A stretch of 24,000 nucleotides of DNA. Origin: Turicibacter sp. Its GTDB lineage: Bacteria; Bacillota_I; Bacilli_A; MOL361; Turicibacteraceae. Below, piece after piece: positions 1-7,338 of the stretch. The DNA lies in NCBI GenBank assembly GCA_009787345.1, contig WRGF01000207.1, positions 1 through 24,000 of the forward strand. Direction: 5' to 3'. Each line of letters begins with the position of its first letter. The stretch's first letter is position 1. Under the pieces are notes generated by a model that was given only the letters and a program-made list of their open reading frames with translations, was not told where the DNA came from and did not search any database. A program made the translations under genes and the position numbers.

Positions 1-10
1 CATATCCCAC

Positions 11-36
11 AAAAAAAAGCCCCCCAGTTGGGAAGC
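11..36 (-). terminator. Rho-independent terminator after the TauE/SafE-like gene
   Basis: On the minus strand there is a GCTTCCC-AACT-GGGGGGC hairpin (19-36, two G-U pairs). An 8-U run follows it (A11-A18 on the plus strand). It starts about 10 nt past the stop codon at 46-48. Confidence 0.6.
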
Positions 37-45
37 CCTGAAGAT

Positions 46-825
46 TTAAACAAACAACATGATCCCGTTATAGACATTCAGGGAAATGACCCCCACCAGC
101 ACCATTTTGAATACGAGGCGGACGCTTTTTTCGCTTAGGCGGACACCGAACAATGCGCCCAGCAAACCGCCAATAGCCGCTGCCGGCAAAATCCAGGCAA
201 GGATCGCCAGGTCAAATGCCCCGAAGCCGCTGGTAAATGTTGTGGTCACCAAGCGGGAAGCCTGTGCGAAGAAAATGGTAATAATGGAATATCCCGCTGC
301 GTCCTTCATGGACATCCCGAACAAGAGCATAAAGGCCGCCACATTGATTGGGCCCCCGCCAATCCCAAGGAGGGAAGCCATGCCGCCAAGAACAATCCCA
401 GTCAAAAATACCAAGAACATGTTGTTGACTTTATAGGATTTGAAAATGCCGAACGAATAAAGGAGGGCAAAAAGCAGAGTAATGACGGATAAGGTGATTT
501 GGACCAGGTTGACGGTGTTTTCCTGGAACATGCCAAGGAGCCATTCAAGCTTTACGTTGCCCAGCATCCCGCCTACGATGGATCCGACGGATACGAAAAT
601 GGCTAGTCCCAGTTGGATGTCCATCCCTTTTTTAAATCGTTTCCATGTTGAGACCAGCGACATGACAATCACCGCTACACTAGCATAAAACGTCATGGAC
701 GCTACGTCGTGGTAACCTACCGTGTCAAAGACCGGGCGCATGATGACGCCGCCACTCATCCCGGAGATTGCCCCCAATAAGGTAGAAATGATGATGATGA
801 TTGCATAAATGATTCCGATTTCCAT
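46..825 (-). CDS. TauE/SafE (TSUP, DUF81) family membrane permease / sulfite-exporter-like protein
   Basis: Polytopic hydrophobic protein with the glycine-rich LLGIGGGPINVAAF motif typical of the TauE/SafE family. I place the start at ATG 825 (MEIGIIYAI...), preceded by GGGAG 6 nt upstream. The ORF-track start at 915 lies inside the promoter -10 box. Confidence 0.75.
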   Translation of the reverse strand: MEIGIIYAIIIIISTLLGAISGMSGGVIMRPVFDTVGYHDVASMTFYASVAVIVMSLVSTWKRFKKGMDIQLGLAIFVSVGSIVGGMLGNVKLEWLLGMFQENTVNLVQITLSVITLLFALLYSFGIFKSYKVNNMFLVFLTGIVLGGMASLLGIGGGPINVAAFMLLFGMSMKDAAGYSIITIFFAQASRLVTTTFTSGFGAFDLAILAWILPAAAIGGLLGALFGVRLSEKSVRLVFKMVLVGVISLNVYNGIMLFV

Positions 826-913
826 AATAAACTCCCACTTTCCCTTGGCCGGGCGCCTTATCTCGCTGGATAAGTCCATCGCCGGCCGGCTAATTTTATT
901 TCTGTTTTGAAAC

Positions 914-922
914 ATTATACCA
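914..922 (-). promoter_or_regulatory. Extended -10 promoter element (TGGTATAAT) for the TauE-like gene
   Basis: The reverse complement of 914-922 reads TGGTATAAT. The -35 is weak. It sits about 90 nt upstream of ATG 825. Confidence 0.5.
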
Positions 923-982
923 TTATTTTCAGTCCAGAGCTACGTAAAGATTGTGTAAATTTTACGCATTTTTTCAATAAAT

Positions 983-1246
983 TTAGGTTTTTTGGAGAAA
1001 AAGCAGGAGAAGCTGGATCACAAAAAGTATCGGGACCCCATATGAAAACTTCGGTTTCCCCGTCTTATGGCGCACCCTGTGCATCGCCACCCACATGGCC
1101 AGCGCCCCGCCTAGTGATGCCACGAGGAGCAGCGTCCGTTCCCGCACCCGCCTTTTTCCTTGGACCGCCGCCCGTTTATCATAAACCATCAATACCACTG
1201 CAACACTTGAAACCAAGATAAAATATGACTGCATCCCTTCACCCAT
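983..1246 (-). CDS. DUF1294 family small membrane protein
   Basis: The sequence YDKRAAVQGKRRVRERTLLLVASLGGALAMWVAMHRVRHKTGKPKF matches the DUF1294 pattern (DK.A....R.pE..L...a.lGG..Ga...m....HKT.K..F). The start is ambiguous, with in-frame ATGs at 1264, 1252, 1246 and 1234. GAGGTG lies 6 nt upstream of ATG 1246, so I favour that one. Confidence 0.7.
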   Translation of the reverse strand: MGEGMQSYFILVSSVAVVLMVYDKRAAVQGKRRVRERTLLLVASLGGALAMWVAMHRVRHKTGKPKFSYGVPILFVIQLLLLFLQKT

Positions 1247-1275
1247 GGCCATCACCTCTTCCATATATACAGGGT

Positions 1276-1284
1276 ATTATACCA
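1276..1284 (-). promoter_or_regulatory. Extended -10 promoter element (TGGTATAAT) for the DUF1294 gene
   Basis: The reverse complement of 1276-1284 reads TGGTATAAT. It lies about 30 nt upstream of the favoured start codon. Confidence 0.5.
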
Positions 1285-1430
1285 TAGCCGCAGCCCCAAG
1301 GACGCAGGTTTTTTTATTTTCGGTTCATGCTAGTTGGCTCCATTCCTGGGAACGCCCCTTACTAACCGTTGATTTTACATAAATTTTATACCTGAATTAC
1401 AAAATTATCAAACTGTATTCGCTTCCACTA

Positions 1431-1459
1431 TTGAAAGGTGCCGATTCATGGGGTATAAT
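1431..1459 (+). promoter_or_regulatory. Sigma-A type promoter of the APC permease gene
   Basis: TTGAAA (1431-1436), a 17-nt spacer, then TATAAT (1454-1459). It is followed by the RBS AAGGAGGAG and ATG 1489. Confidence 0.65.
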
Positions 1460-1488
1460 GACGTAAACCGAGTCAAGGAGGAGCTGTC

Positions 1489-2874
1489 ATGGAAAATAAA
1501 TTAACGAGGAAGTATGGGTTGGCAACGTCGATGTGCATGGTCATCGGGACCGTTATCGGAAGCGGTGTCTTTTTCAGGAACGAAGTCATTTTGGCAGCTG
1601 TTGGCAAGCACATGGGACAAGGGATTGCCGCTTGGGCCGTCGGTGGCTTGATTACGCTGGCCGCAGCTTACGTCTTTGGCGTCTTGGCCATGAAATATGA
1701 AAAGAGCGATGGGCTTGCCAGCTTTGCAGAAGTCCTGGTGGGCAAACGCTTTGGCTATCTGTTCGGCTGGTTTTTAGCTGTTATTTTTTACCCTGCCACC
1801 ACTGGCATCCTGGCCTGGGTCGCCGCCCGCTTCACCGTTATTTTATTCGGTTTCCATGCCAGTGCCGAATTCAGCGGGCAAACGTATATGCTGGCCCTCT
1901 TTTACCTGATTGCCATCTTCGCCCTCAACACCTTCAGCCCAAAATTTTCCGGGAAGTTCCAGGTCTCCACCACCGTCATTAAAATCATCCCCTTGGTGTT
2001 GATGGGGGTTGTAGGGACCGTGGTTGGGCTTTCCAATGGCATGACGGTCGCCAACCTGCACTCCACTTATGTGGCACAGGCCAGCGGGAACCCCTTTTTA
2101 GTTAGCCTAGTTGCAACCGCCTTCGCCTATACCGGCTGGGACACGCTGATTAACCTGACGGCGGAAATCAAAAACCCGAAACGAAACGTCCCGGCAGCCT
2201 TGGTTAGCGGGATGCTGATCATCATTTCGGTATATGTCCTTTATTTCATCGGCATATTTGGTTCTGCGCCGATCCAGGAAATCTCAGGAGGTTACGGTAT
2301 CCAAGGGGCATTCAGGAGCATTTTCAGCCACTTTGCCGGGACCGGCCTGTTCGTCTTTATCGTGATTTCTTGCCTGGGCACCCTTAATGGGCTGACTACC
2401 GGCGGGCAACGGATGTTTTACTCCTTAGCCACCCGGGGCAATAGCATCAACCCAAAAATGTTTTCCCAAATCGATGAAGTCAGCAATGTCCCGAATAATT
2501 CCGCGACGTTATTTTTGCTTTGTACCGCTGTTTGGATTGTCAGCTATGGTGCCAATTATGCCGGCTGGTACGGGGACTTTTTCTTCGATGTTTCCTCTTA
2601 CGTGCCAGTCACCTTCAACGCGTTTTTAATCCCGATTTTCATCCGGGTCATGGCCAGGGAAAAAGGGCTTGGGGTTTTCAACCGCTTTATTGCCCCTGCA
2701 CTTGCCACCCTTGGCGCCCTCTTTATGATTTACGCCGTCATTTATGCCGAAGGGATGGCTGTCCTCATTTACCTCATTGTCTTTAGCGCCATCATGGCAC
2801 TTGGCCTGAAATTTTATCACGGGAAAAAAGCCGTTGCTGCCGAACCTGTCAAAAGAAAAGTGGCACTCAATTAA
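1489..2874 (+). CDS. APC superfamily amino acid permease
   Basis: 461 aa with about 12 predicted TM segments. The N-terminal signature SMCMVIGTVIGSGVFF is typical of amino acid/polyamine/organocation permeases. It has a strong RBS and a terminator directly downstream. Confidence 0.85.
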   Translation: MENKLTRKYGLATSMCMVIGTVIGSGVFFRNEVILAAVGKHMGQGIAAWAVGGLITLAAAYVFGVLAMKYEKSDGLASFAEVLVGKRFGYLFGWFLAVIFYPATTGILAWVAARFTVILFGFHASAEFSGQTYMLALFYLIAIFALNTFSPKFSGKFQVSTTVIKIIPLVLMGVVGTVVGLSNGMTVANLHSTYVAQASGNPFLVSLVATAFAYTGWDTLINLTAEIKNPKRNVPAALVSGMLIIISVYVLYFIGIFGSAPIQEISGGYGIQGAFRSIFSHFAGTGLFVFIVISCLGTLNGLTTGGQRMFYSLATRGNSINPKMFSQIDEVSNVPNNSATLFLLCTAVWIVSYGANYAGWYGDFFFDVSSYVPVTFNAFLIPIFIRVMAREKGLGVFNRFIAPALATLGALFMIYAVIYAEGMAVLIYLIVFSAIMALGLKFYHGKKAVAAEPVKRKVALN

Positions 2875-2880
2875 AAAAAA

Positions 2881-2916
2881 GCCCCGCTACAACTGCCCGG
2901 TTGCAGCGGGGCTTTT
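2881..2916 (+). terminator. Rho-independent terminator of the permease gene
   Basis: GCCCCGCTACAAC (2881-2893) pairs with GTTGCAGCGGGGC (2900-2912) with one mismatch. A TTTT run follows (2913-2916), and an A-run at 2873-2880 precedes the stem. Confidence 0.85.
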
Positions 2917-3093
2917 ATGCTAAATGATAAACTTTATAGGAAATTCCGATATAAAACGCCCCCATCCGCCATAAGATGGGTTAAGGGGGGATGCGCCTTG
3001 GAACCTGTAAAAAATCCGAAAACCAGTTGCCAGTACCCAGAGCCCGGCTTTAAGCGGCCCATTTTAAGGAGCCTTTCCAGGGAATGGTGCGAG

Positions 3094-3555
3094 TTGGAAT
3101 TTTCAAACAAAATCGTCTTGCTGATTGGCTTCGTCTTATTTTTAGAGCTTCTTTTTGCCGTTTTTTGGGGTGGGGAGTATAACTGGAAGACCATTAGTTT
3201 TAGGACGAGCCTCGGGGCGATTATGGGGTATGTCATCGGCGGGATGGGCAGCGCATCCGTTGAAAAACCAGAACAACCGGTTGCAACACCAACTGCTGTG
3301 CAAAGTGAAACCCCTGTTTCGCCCGTGCCCGCAGATGCCGGTGGTGATTGCCTGCCCGATAGCCGCTCCATCCAAAGCATGGTCCATTTGCGCAATGCGG
3401 TAGCCGGCTTTGTTTGCCTGACTTCAGTGGTCGTCTTATTTTTAATCAACATCACCGGAAGCGAAAATACCTTTGCCGAGGGCGTCCTGCAAATCAGGGA
3501 CATGATGTCCACCACCCTTGGCTTCCTGATTTCTGCCTCGGGGCGAAAAAAATAA
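3094..3555 (+). CDS. Hypothetical membrane protein (start uncertain)
   Basis: The open frame runs 2917-3555. It has predicted TM stretches (IVLLIGFVLFLELLFAVFWGG, LGAIMGYVIGGMG, VAGFVCLTSVVVLFLINI) and a Pro/Thr/Val-rich linker. ATG 2917 abuts the upstream terminator and has no RBS. TTG 3094 is the first in-frame start downstream of any SD-like sequence (GGTG). I recognise no family. Confidence 0.35.
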   Translation: MEFSNKIVLLIGFVLFLELLFAVFWGGEYNWKTISFRTSLGAIMGYVIGGMGSASVEKPEQPVATPTAVQSETPVSPVPADAGGDCLPDSRSIQSMVHLRNAVAGFVCLTSVVVLFLINITGSENTFAEGVLQIRDMMSTTLGFLISASGRKK

Positions 3556-3594
3556 TGCAAAGGGGAGGCCAACATATAGGCATCCCCCTTTGCA
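3556..3594. terminator. Bidirectional terminator between convergent genes (mainly ends the met operon)
   Basis: TGCAAAGGGG(A) at 3556-3566 pairs with (T)CCCCCTTTGCA at 3583-3594. On the minus strand the hairpin is followed by TTATTTTTTT. On the plus strand only TTT follows. Confidence 0.75.
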
Positions 3595-3595
3595 T

Positions 3596-4732
3596 TTAAG
3601 ATGCCTCGGCAGCCAAGGCTGAATCTTTGATGTCACGCGCTGCTTCTTTGAATGCCTGTTCCAAGTCCCCCATCAAATCCCAGGCATCCTCAATCCCCAC
3701 GGAAAAACGCAGGAGGCAGTCGCAGACTCCCCGGGCAACCCTTATCTTTTCAGGGATGTCCATGTGGGTCTGAGTTGTTGGATAAGTGATGAAGCTCTCT
3801 GTCCCCCCCAGGCTTTCCGCGAAGGTAATGAGCTTTAGGTGGCGCAAAAACGGGTCGACCAAATCGCTGGATGCCATTTTAAAGGAAACCATCCCTCCTT
3901 TTCCCGGATAAAAAACTTGTTTCACCAAGGGGTGTCCTTCAAGGAAGCCTTTCATCTGGACCGCATTGGCCTGATGCTGCTTCATCCTTAGGGCAAGCGT
4001 CTTCATCCCCCGCATCAAAAGCCAGCAATCCATCGGGGCAAGCACCGCCCCCCCTCCATTATGATGCAAAAAAAGTTCCTCGCATAAATCTTTTCCCTTC
4101 GCCGCAATCAGCCCCGCCAACACATCGTTATGGCCGCTTAAATACTTGGTGGCGCTATGGATCACAACGTCCGCCCCGACGTGGATTGGCTTTTGCAGGA
4201 CCGGCGTGTAAAACGTGTTGTCGACAATAAGCAAAAGCCCGTGTTGTTTGGCGATTTCCGCCACCATGGCAATGTCCGTTTCTTGCATGAGGGGGTTGGT
4301 CGGCGTTTCCAAAAAAATTGCCTTTACTTGCGGATTGATGCTAAGTTCCACCTTCTCTTTTTGGGAAGTGTTCGTATAAATGGCCTTCAGGCCCCATTTT
4401 TTGAAGCCCCGTTCGAAAATCCGGTAGGTCCCGCCATATAAATCTTCGCTGACGATGATTTCATCCCCTGATTTGAATAAAGATAAGACCGTCTGGATTG
4501 CAGCCATCCCGGAAGCACAGGCAAATCCCCTATCCCCGCCTTCAAGGTCTGCAATGGCCTGCTCCAAAAGATCCCGGGTAGGGTTCCCGCTGCGGCTATA
4601 ATCGTACCCGGTCGACTGCCCTATCCCTTCATGGCGGTAAGCCGTCGAAAAATACACAGGAGCGTTCACAGCCCCGGTGGCAGACTCGCTCCGGTTCCCA
4701 ATTTGTGCTAGTTTCGTTTCGATTTTATGCAT
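3596..4732 (-). CDS. metI: Cys/Met-metabolism PLP-dependent enzyme, MetI-like (cystathionine gamma-synthase / O-acetylhomoserine thiolyase type)
   Basis: 378 aa. The N-terminus ETKLAQIGNRS...APVYFSTAYRH, the motif YSRSGNPTR and the PLP-lysine motif HSATKYLSGH are characteristic of the family. It closely resembles my recollection of B. subtilis MetI. The subfamily call is tentative. Confidence 0.8.
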   Translation of the reverse strand: MHKIETKLAQIGNRSESATGAVNAPVYFSTAYRHEGIGQSTGYDYSRSGNPTRDLLEQAIADLEGGDRGFACASGMAAIQTVLSLFKSGDEIIVSEDLYGGTYRIFERGFKKWGLKAIYTNTSQKEKVELSINPQVKAIFLETPTNPLMQETDIAMVAEIAKQHGLLLIVDNTFYTPVLQKPIHVGADVVIHSATKYLSGHNDVLAGLIAAKGKDLCEELFLHHNGGGAVLAPMDCWLLMRGMKTLALRMKQHQANAVQMKGFLEGHPLVKQVFYPGKGGMVSFKMASSDLVDPFLRHLKLITFAESLGGTESFITYPTTQTHMDIPEKIRVARGVCDCLLRFSVGIEDAWDLMGDLEQAFKEAARDIKDSALAAEAS

Positions 4733-4758
4733 GATGCTCTCCCCTTTTAGTTGATATA

Positions 4759-5928
4759 TTACGCCAGTTTCAAGCTTCGCACCTTTACTTGCCCGAGTGC
4801 CTGTTCAAAGTCGGCAATCAGGTCATCCACTTGCTCAAGGCCCACCGACAGCCGGATCAGGCCATCGCTGATTCCCCGTTTTTGCCTCTCGGCTGCCGGC
4901 ATGGCGGCATGGGACATTTTGGCAGGGTAAGACAGGATGGATTCCACCCCGCCAAGGCTGACTGCATAGGCCGGCAGTTTCACATGCTTCAAAAAGATTT
5001 TCAACTCATTGACGCTTCCCAGTTCAAAGGACAAGACAGCGCCGGGCCCTGATGCCTGGCTTTTATGCTGGCGGTACTGGGGGTGGCTTTTAAGGCCAGG
5101 ATAATGGACTGCTTTTATTAGCGGGTGGCTTTCCAAATAACCCGCCATTTTTTGGGCAGACCTTTGGGATTCCGCCAAACGGACATGGAGGGTCTTAAGA
5201 CCCCGAAGGACCAGCCAGCAATCCTGGGCGCCAAGGACCGCACCAAAGGAATTTTGCAAAAACCCAAGGCGCTTGGCCAGGTCCTTGTTTTTCACGACGG
5301 CAAGCCCCGCCACCACATCGCTATGCCCCGACAGGAATTTGGTGGCGCTATGAAGGACGATGTCTGCCCCCAGGTCCAAAGGTCTTTGAAGCTGTGGCGT
5401 CAAGAAGGTGTTGTCCACGAAAGTCAATGCCCCTACCCCTTTTGCCAAGGCTGCAACCGCCCCTATATCCGTCACTTTCATGGTTGGGTTTGAAGGGGTT
5501 TCGATGTAAAATGCCTTCGTATTGGGGCGGATCCCCTGGCGGACGGCATTCAAGTTGGCCATGTCCACGAAGCTATGCTCCACCCCGAGGCGGCTCAAGA
5601 CTTCACTGACCAGCCGGTAGGTGCCCCCATAGACATCTTCCGAAATCAGCAAGTGGTCCCCAGCGGACAGTAATAGCAGCGCAGTGGAAATAGCAGCCAT
5701 CCCAGAGGCAAAAGCAAAGCCTGCCACCCCGCCTTCCAGTTCGGCGATAATCGACTCCAGCGCTTCACGGGTCGGGTTGCCGCTCCTTGAATAATCGAAT
5801 TTCCCAAAGCTGTCGAAATCGAATTGATGAAACGTCGAGGTGTGGTGCAATGGCGTGGATAAGGCCCCTGTTTCTTGGTCTACCTTATAATCGTTATGGT
5901 GAAGCTTCGTTTGAAATGTCACATCCAT
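4759..5928 (-). CDS. metC: Cys/Met-metabolism PLP-dependent enzyme, MetC-like (cystathionine beta-lyase type)
   Basis: 389 aa with YSRSGNPTR, the PLP-lysine motif HSATKFLSGH and a C-terminal GGVESILSYPAKMSHA...DGLIRLSVGLE. AGGAGG lies 8 nt upstream of ATG 5928. A SAM riboswitch precedes it. The beta-lyase versus gamma-synthase assignment is tentative. Confidence 0.8.
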   Translation of the reverse strand: MDVTFQTKLHHNDYKVDQETGALSTPLHHTSTFHQFDFDSFGKFDYSRSGNPTREALESIIAELEGGVAGFAFASGMAAISTALLLLSAGDHLLISEDVYGGTYRLVSEVLSRLGVEHSFVDMANLNAVRQGIRPNTKAFYIETPSNPTMKVTDIGAVAALAKGVGALTFVDNTFLTPQLQRPLDLGADIVLHSATKFLSGHSDVVAGLAVVKNKDLAKRLGFLQNSFGAVLGAQDCWLVLRGLKTLHVRLAESQRSAQKMAGYLESHPLIKAVHYPGLKSHPQYRQHKSQASGPGAVLSFELGSVNELKIFLKHVKLPAYAVSLGGVESILSYPAKMSHAAMPAAERQKRGISDGLIRLSVGLEQVDDLIADFEQALGQVKVRSLKLA

Positions 5929-5952
5929 CTTTAAATCCTCCTTTTCCAGTCC

Positions 5953-5998
5953 AGGCTATTTTCATAGCAAAAATTGGTTTTTGCTATGAAAATAGCCT
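5953..5998. repeat. Perfect 21-bp-arm palindrome in the metC/metI leader
   Basis: AGGCTATTTTCATAGCAAAAA (5953-5973), TTGG, then TTTTTGCTATGAAAATAGCCT (5978-5998). The arms are exact reverse complements. The palindrome overlaps the last 5 nt of the riboswitch terminator stem and its U-tract. Confidence 0.8.
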
Positions 5999-6020
5999 TC
6001 CTATCAGTGATAGGAAGGCT
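5986..6020 (-). terminator. SAM-riboswitch expression-platform terminator (metC/metI leader)
   Basis: 13-nt arms AGCCTTCCTATCA and TGATAGGAAGGCT span 5994-6020. On the minus strand ATTTTCAT follows. The 5' arm CCTATC mimics the P1 5' strand CTTATC, as expected for S-box terminator/antiterminator switching. Confidence 0.7.
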
Positions 6021-6033
6021 ACGTCCAAAATCA

Positions 6034-6118
6034 CTCATCTACGGGAATTAGCACCGTGACCCATCCGTCCGGTTGCCGGGTTTCACAGGGCCTGTCCCTC
6101 CACCACTCTCGATAAGAA
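6034..6118 (-). promoter_or_regulatory. SAM-I (S-box) riboswitch aptamer upstream of metC/metI
   Basis: The minus strand reads CTTATCGAGAGTGGTGGAGGGACAGGCCCTGTGAAACCCGGCAACC...GGTGCTAATTCCCGTAGATGAG. This matches the conserved S-box core (TTATC.AGAG.GG.GGAGGGA..GGCCC..TGAA.CCCGGCAACC...GGTGC.AATTCC). The P1 helix is CTTATC/GATGAG. Confidence 0.92.
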
Positions 6119-6126
6119 TTGAATAT

Positions 6127-6942
6127 TTAGTTATCCCAAACCGCAAACGCTGCGTTGTTGGTAATGCGGGCGATGATGTCTGCCACTTCGTCTGTCTGGA
6201 AATGCTCGACCACAGTGCGCAAAAGTTCGCTGTCAGCATCTTCTGGACGGGCGACGATGGCATTGATAAATGGCGAGTTGACATCAAGCTCTTCAAGAAG
6301 CAAAGCTTCTTCGTGCGGGTTGATGCCTGCATCGTTGGCAACGGAAGCATTCATCAATGTCAACGTAACATCTGGCATCGTGCGTGGAAGCATCTGCGCC
6401 TGTACCGATACAAGTTCAAGCTCAAGCGGGTTGGCGACGATATCCTCAGCTGTTGGCAACCAACCAGAATCTGGTGCCAGTTCAATAAAGCCAGCTGCTT
6501 CTAAAAGCAATAAGCCGCGGGCAAAGTTGGCGACGTCTTCCGGCAAAGCAACGGTTGCCCCTACAGGGACGTTATCCAGGGAATCCAGAGTATCGGAATA
6601 AATCCCGAAGTACATGATCATCGTATTCCCAATCGGCACCAAGTTTTGGCCATTTGTTGCATTGTAGTTATCCAAGAAGTTGATGCTTTGGAAAGCGTTG
6701 ATGTCAAGGTCGCCTTCGACCAGGGCTGTGTTCGGCGCAACCCAGTCAGTAAAACGGACAATTTCAAGGGTAATCCCTTCTTCTGCCAATGTATCGCGGA
6801 CATGTTCCCACTGGTCAAGCTGCTCCCCAACGACACCGACGCGCACGGTCTGTTCGCTGTCGCTGCTGCCACCAGTTGCCCCACAAGCTGCAAGGCTTGC
6901 TACTGCCAATCCACTAAGTAATAATGTTGCAAATTTTTTCAT
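6127..6942 (-). CDS. metQ: Methionine ABC transporter substrate-binding lipoprotein (MetQ/NlpA family)
   Basis: Lipoprotein signal MKKFATLLLSGLAVASLAAC with a LAAC lipobox. The NlpA-family core is present (FTDWVAPNTALVEGDLDINAFQS). AGGAGG lies upstream of ATG 6942, and the ORF-track start at 6981 has no RBS. A SAM riboswitch sits upstream. No metN or metP/metI permease gene is adjacent. Confidence 0.85.
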   Translation of the reverse strand: MKKFATLLLSGLAVASLAACGATGGSSDSEQTVRVGVVGEQLDQWEHVRDTLAEEGITLEIVRFTDWVAPNTALVEGDLDINAFQSINFLDNYNATNGQNLVPIGNTMIMYFGIYSDTLDSLDNVPVGATVALPEDVANFARGLLLLEAAGFIELAPDSGWLPTAEDIVANPLELELVSVQAQMLPRTMPDVTLTLMNASVANDAGINPHEEALLLEELDVNSPFINAIVARPEDADSELLRTVVEHFQTDEVADIIARITNNAAFAVWDN

Positions 6943-6992
6943 GTGTTTATTCCTCCTAAAACTCTCTGCGAATTTCCTCATACTCTTTCCTT

Positions 6993-7154
6993 ATACTATT
7001 TCCGTTCCAAAAGCTACTTCCTGAGCGGTCTTTTCCGCCCTGGACCGTCGTCGCTCCTACGCACACGATATTCCACATCGCTTAACTCCGTCGCTCCTCG
7101 GCCAAAACGCAAAATCCTCGCTGATAAGGCAACTTTTTAGAACGGAAATAGTAT
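6993..7154. repeat. 162-bp element bounded by ~21-bp terminal inverted repeats (MITE/REP-like) inside the metQ leader
   Basis: ATACTATTTCCGTTCCAAAAG (6993-7013) faces CTTTTTAGAACGGAAATAGTAT (7133-7154), with one mismatch and one indel. The interior carries the direct repeats CCGTCGTCGCTCCT and CCGTCGCTCCT plus short GC hairpins. It has no credible ORF. Confidence 0.6.
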
Positions 7155-7175
7155 TAATCGCTGAGCGCTGCCTTC

Positions 7176-7211
7176 AAAAATGAAAAAGCCCCTCTGCCGG
7201 TGACAGAAAGG
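7176..7211 (-). terminator. SAM-riboswitch expression-platform terminator (metQ leader)
   Basis: The minus strand reads CCTTTCTG-TCACCGG-CAGAGGGG (two G-U pairs) followed by CTTTTTCATTTTT. The upstream AGAGAAAG next to the P1 3' strand can pair with CTTTCTGT as an antiterminator. Confidence 0.7.
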
Positions 7212-7235
7212 ACCAATCCTAAAAAGGTGCTTTCT

Positions 7236-7323
7236 CTCATCTCTAGGAATTGGCACCGTATCCATAATTGGATTGGTTGCCGGGCTTCACAGGGCCTGTC
7301 CCTCCGCCGCTCTTGATAAGAAA
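7236..7323 (-). promoter_or_regulatory. SAM-I (S-box) riboswitch aptamer upstream of metQ
   Basis: The minus strand reads TTCTTATCAAGAGCGGCGGAGGGACAGGCCCTGTGAAGCCCGGCAACC...ACGGTGCCAATTCCTAGAGATGAG. This is a near-textbook S-box core. Confidence 0.92.
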
Positions 7324-7338
7324 TATGAAGTTACCCCT

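Noticed and set aside
86-688. Plus-strand ORFs (116 aa and 68 aa) antisense to the TauE-like gene
   Set aside because: These are shadow ORFs inside a convincing membrane-protein gene. They are Pro/Arg/Thr-rich and have no RBS.
907-1221. 104-aa plus-strand ORF overlapping the DUF1294 gene
   Set aside because: It is antisense to a gene with a clear family signature. The product is proline-rich and low-complexity, and it starts inside the TauE promoter region without an RBS.
2934-3575. 213-aa minus-strand ORF mirroring the hypothetical membrane protein
   Set aside because: The start codon lies inside the 3556-3594 terminator hairpin and there is no RBS. The product is low-complexity and rich in Arg/Lys/Ser/Thr/Pro, with no domain-like features. 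The plus frame is more protein-like.
5953-5998. The palindrome as a CodY box or a streptococcal MET box (TATAGTTtnaAACTATA)
   Set aside because: By eye only about 9 of 15 positions match the CodY consensus, and there is no good match to the MET box. It is reported only as an unexplained palindrome.
6073-7140. Several plus-strand ORFs (143, 148, 91, 114 and 65 aa) across metQ and its leader
   Set aside because: They are antisense to metQ or cross the SAM riboswitch and the inverted-repeat element. None has an RBS and all are Ser/Thr/Cys-rich, so they are shadow frames.
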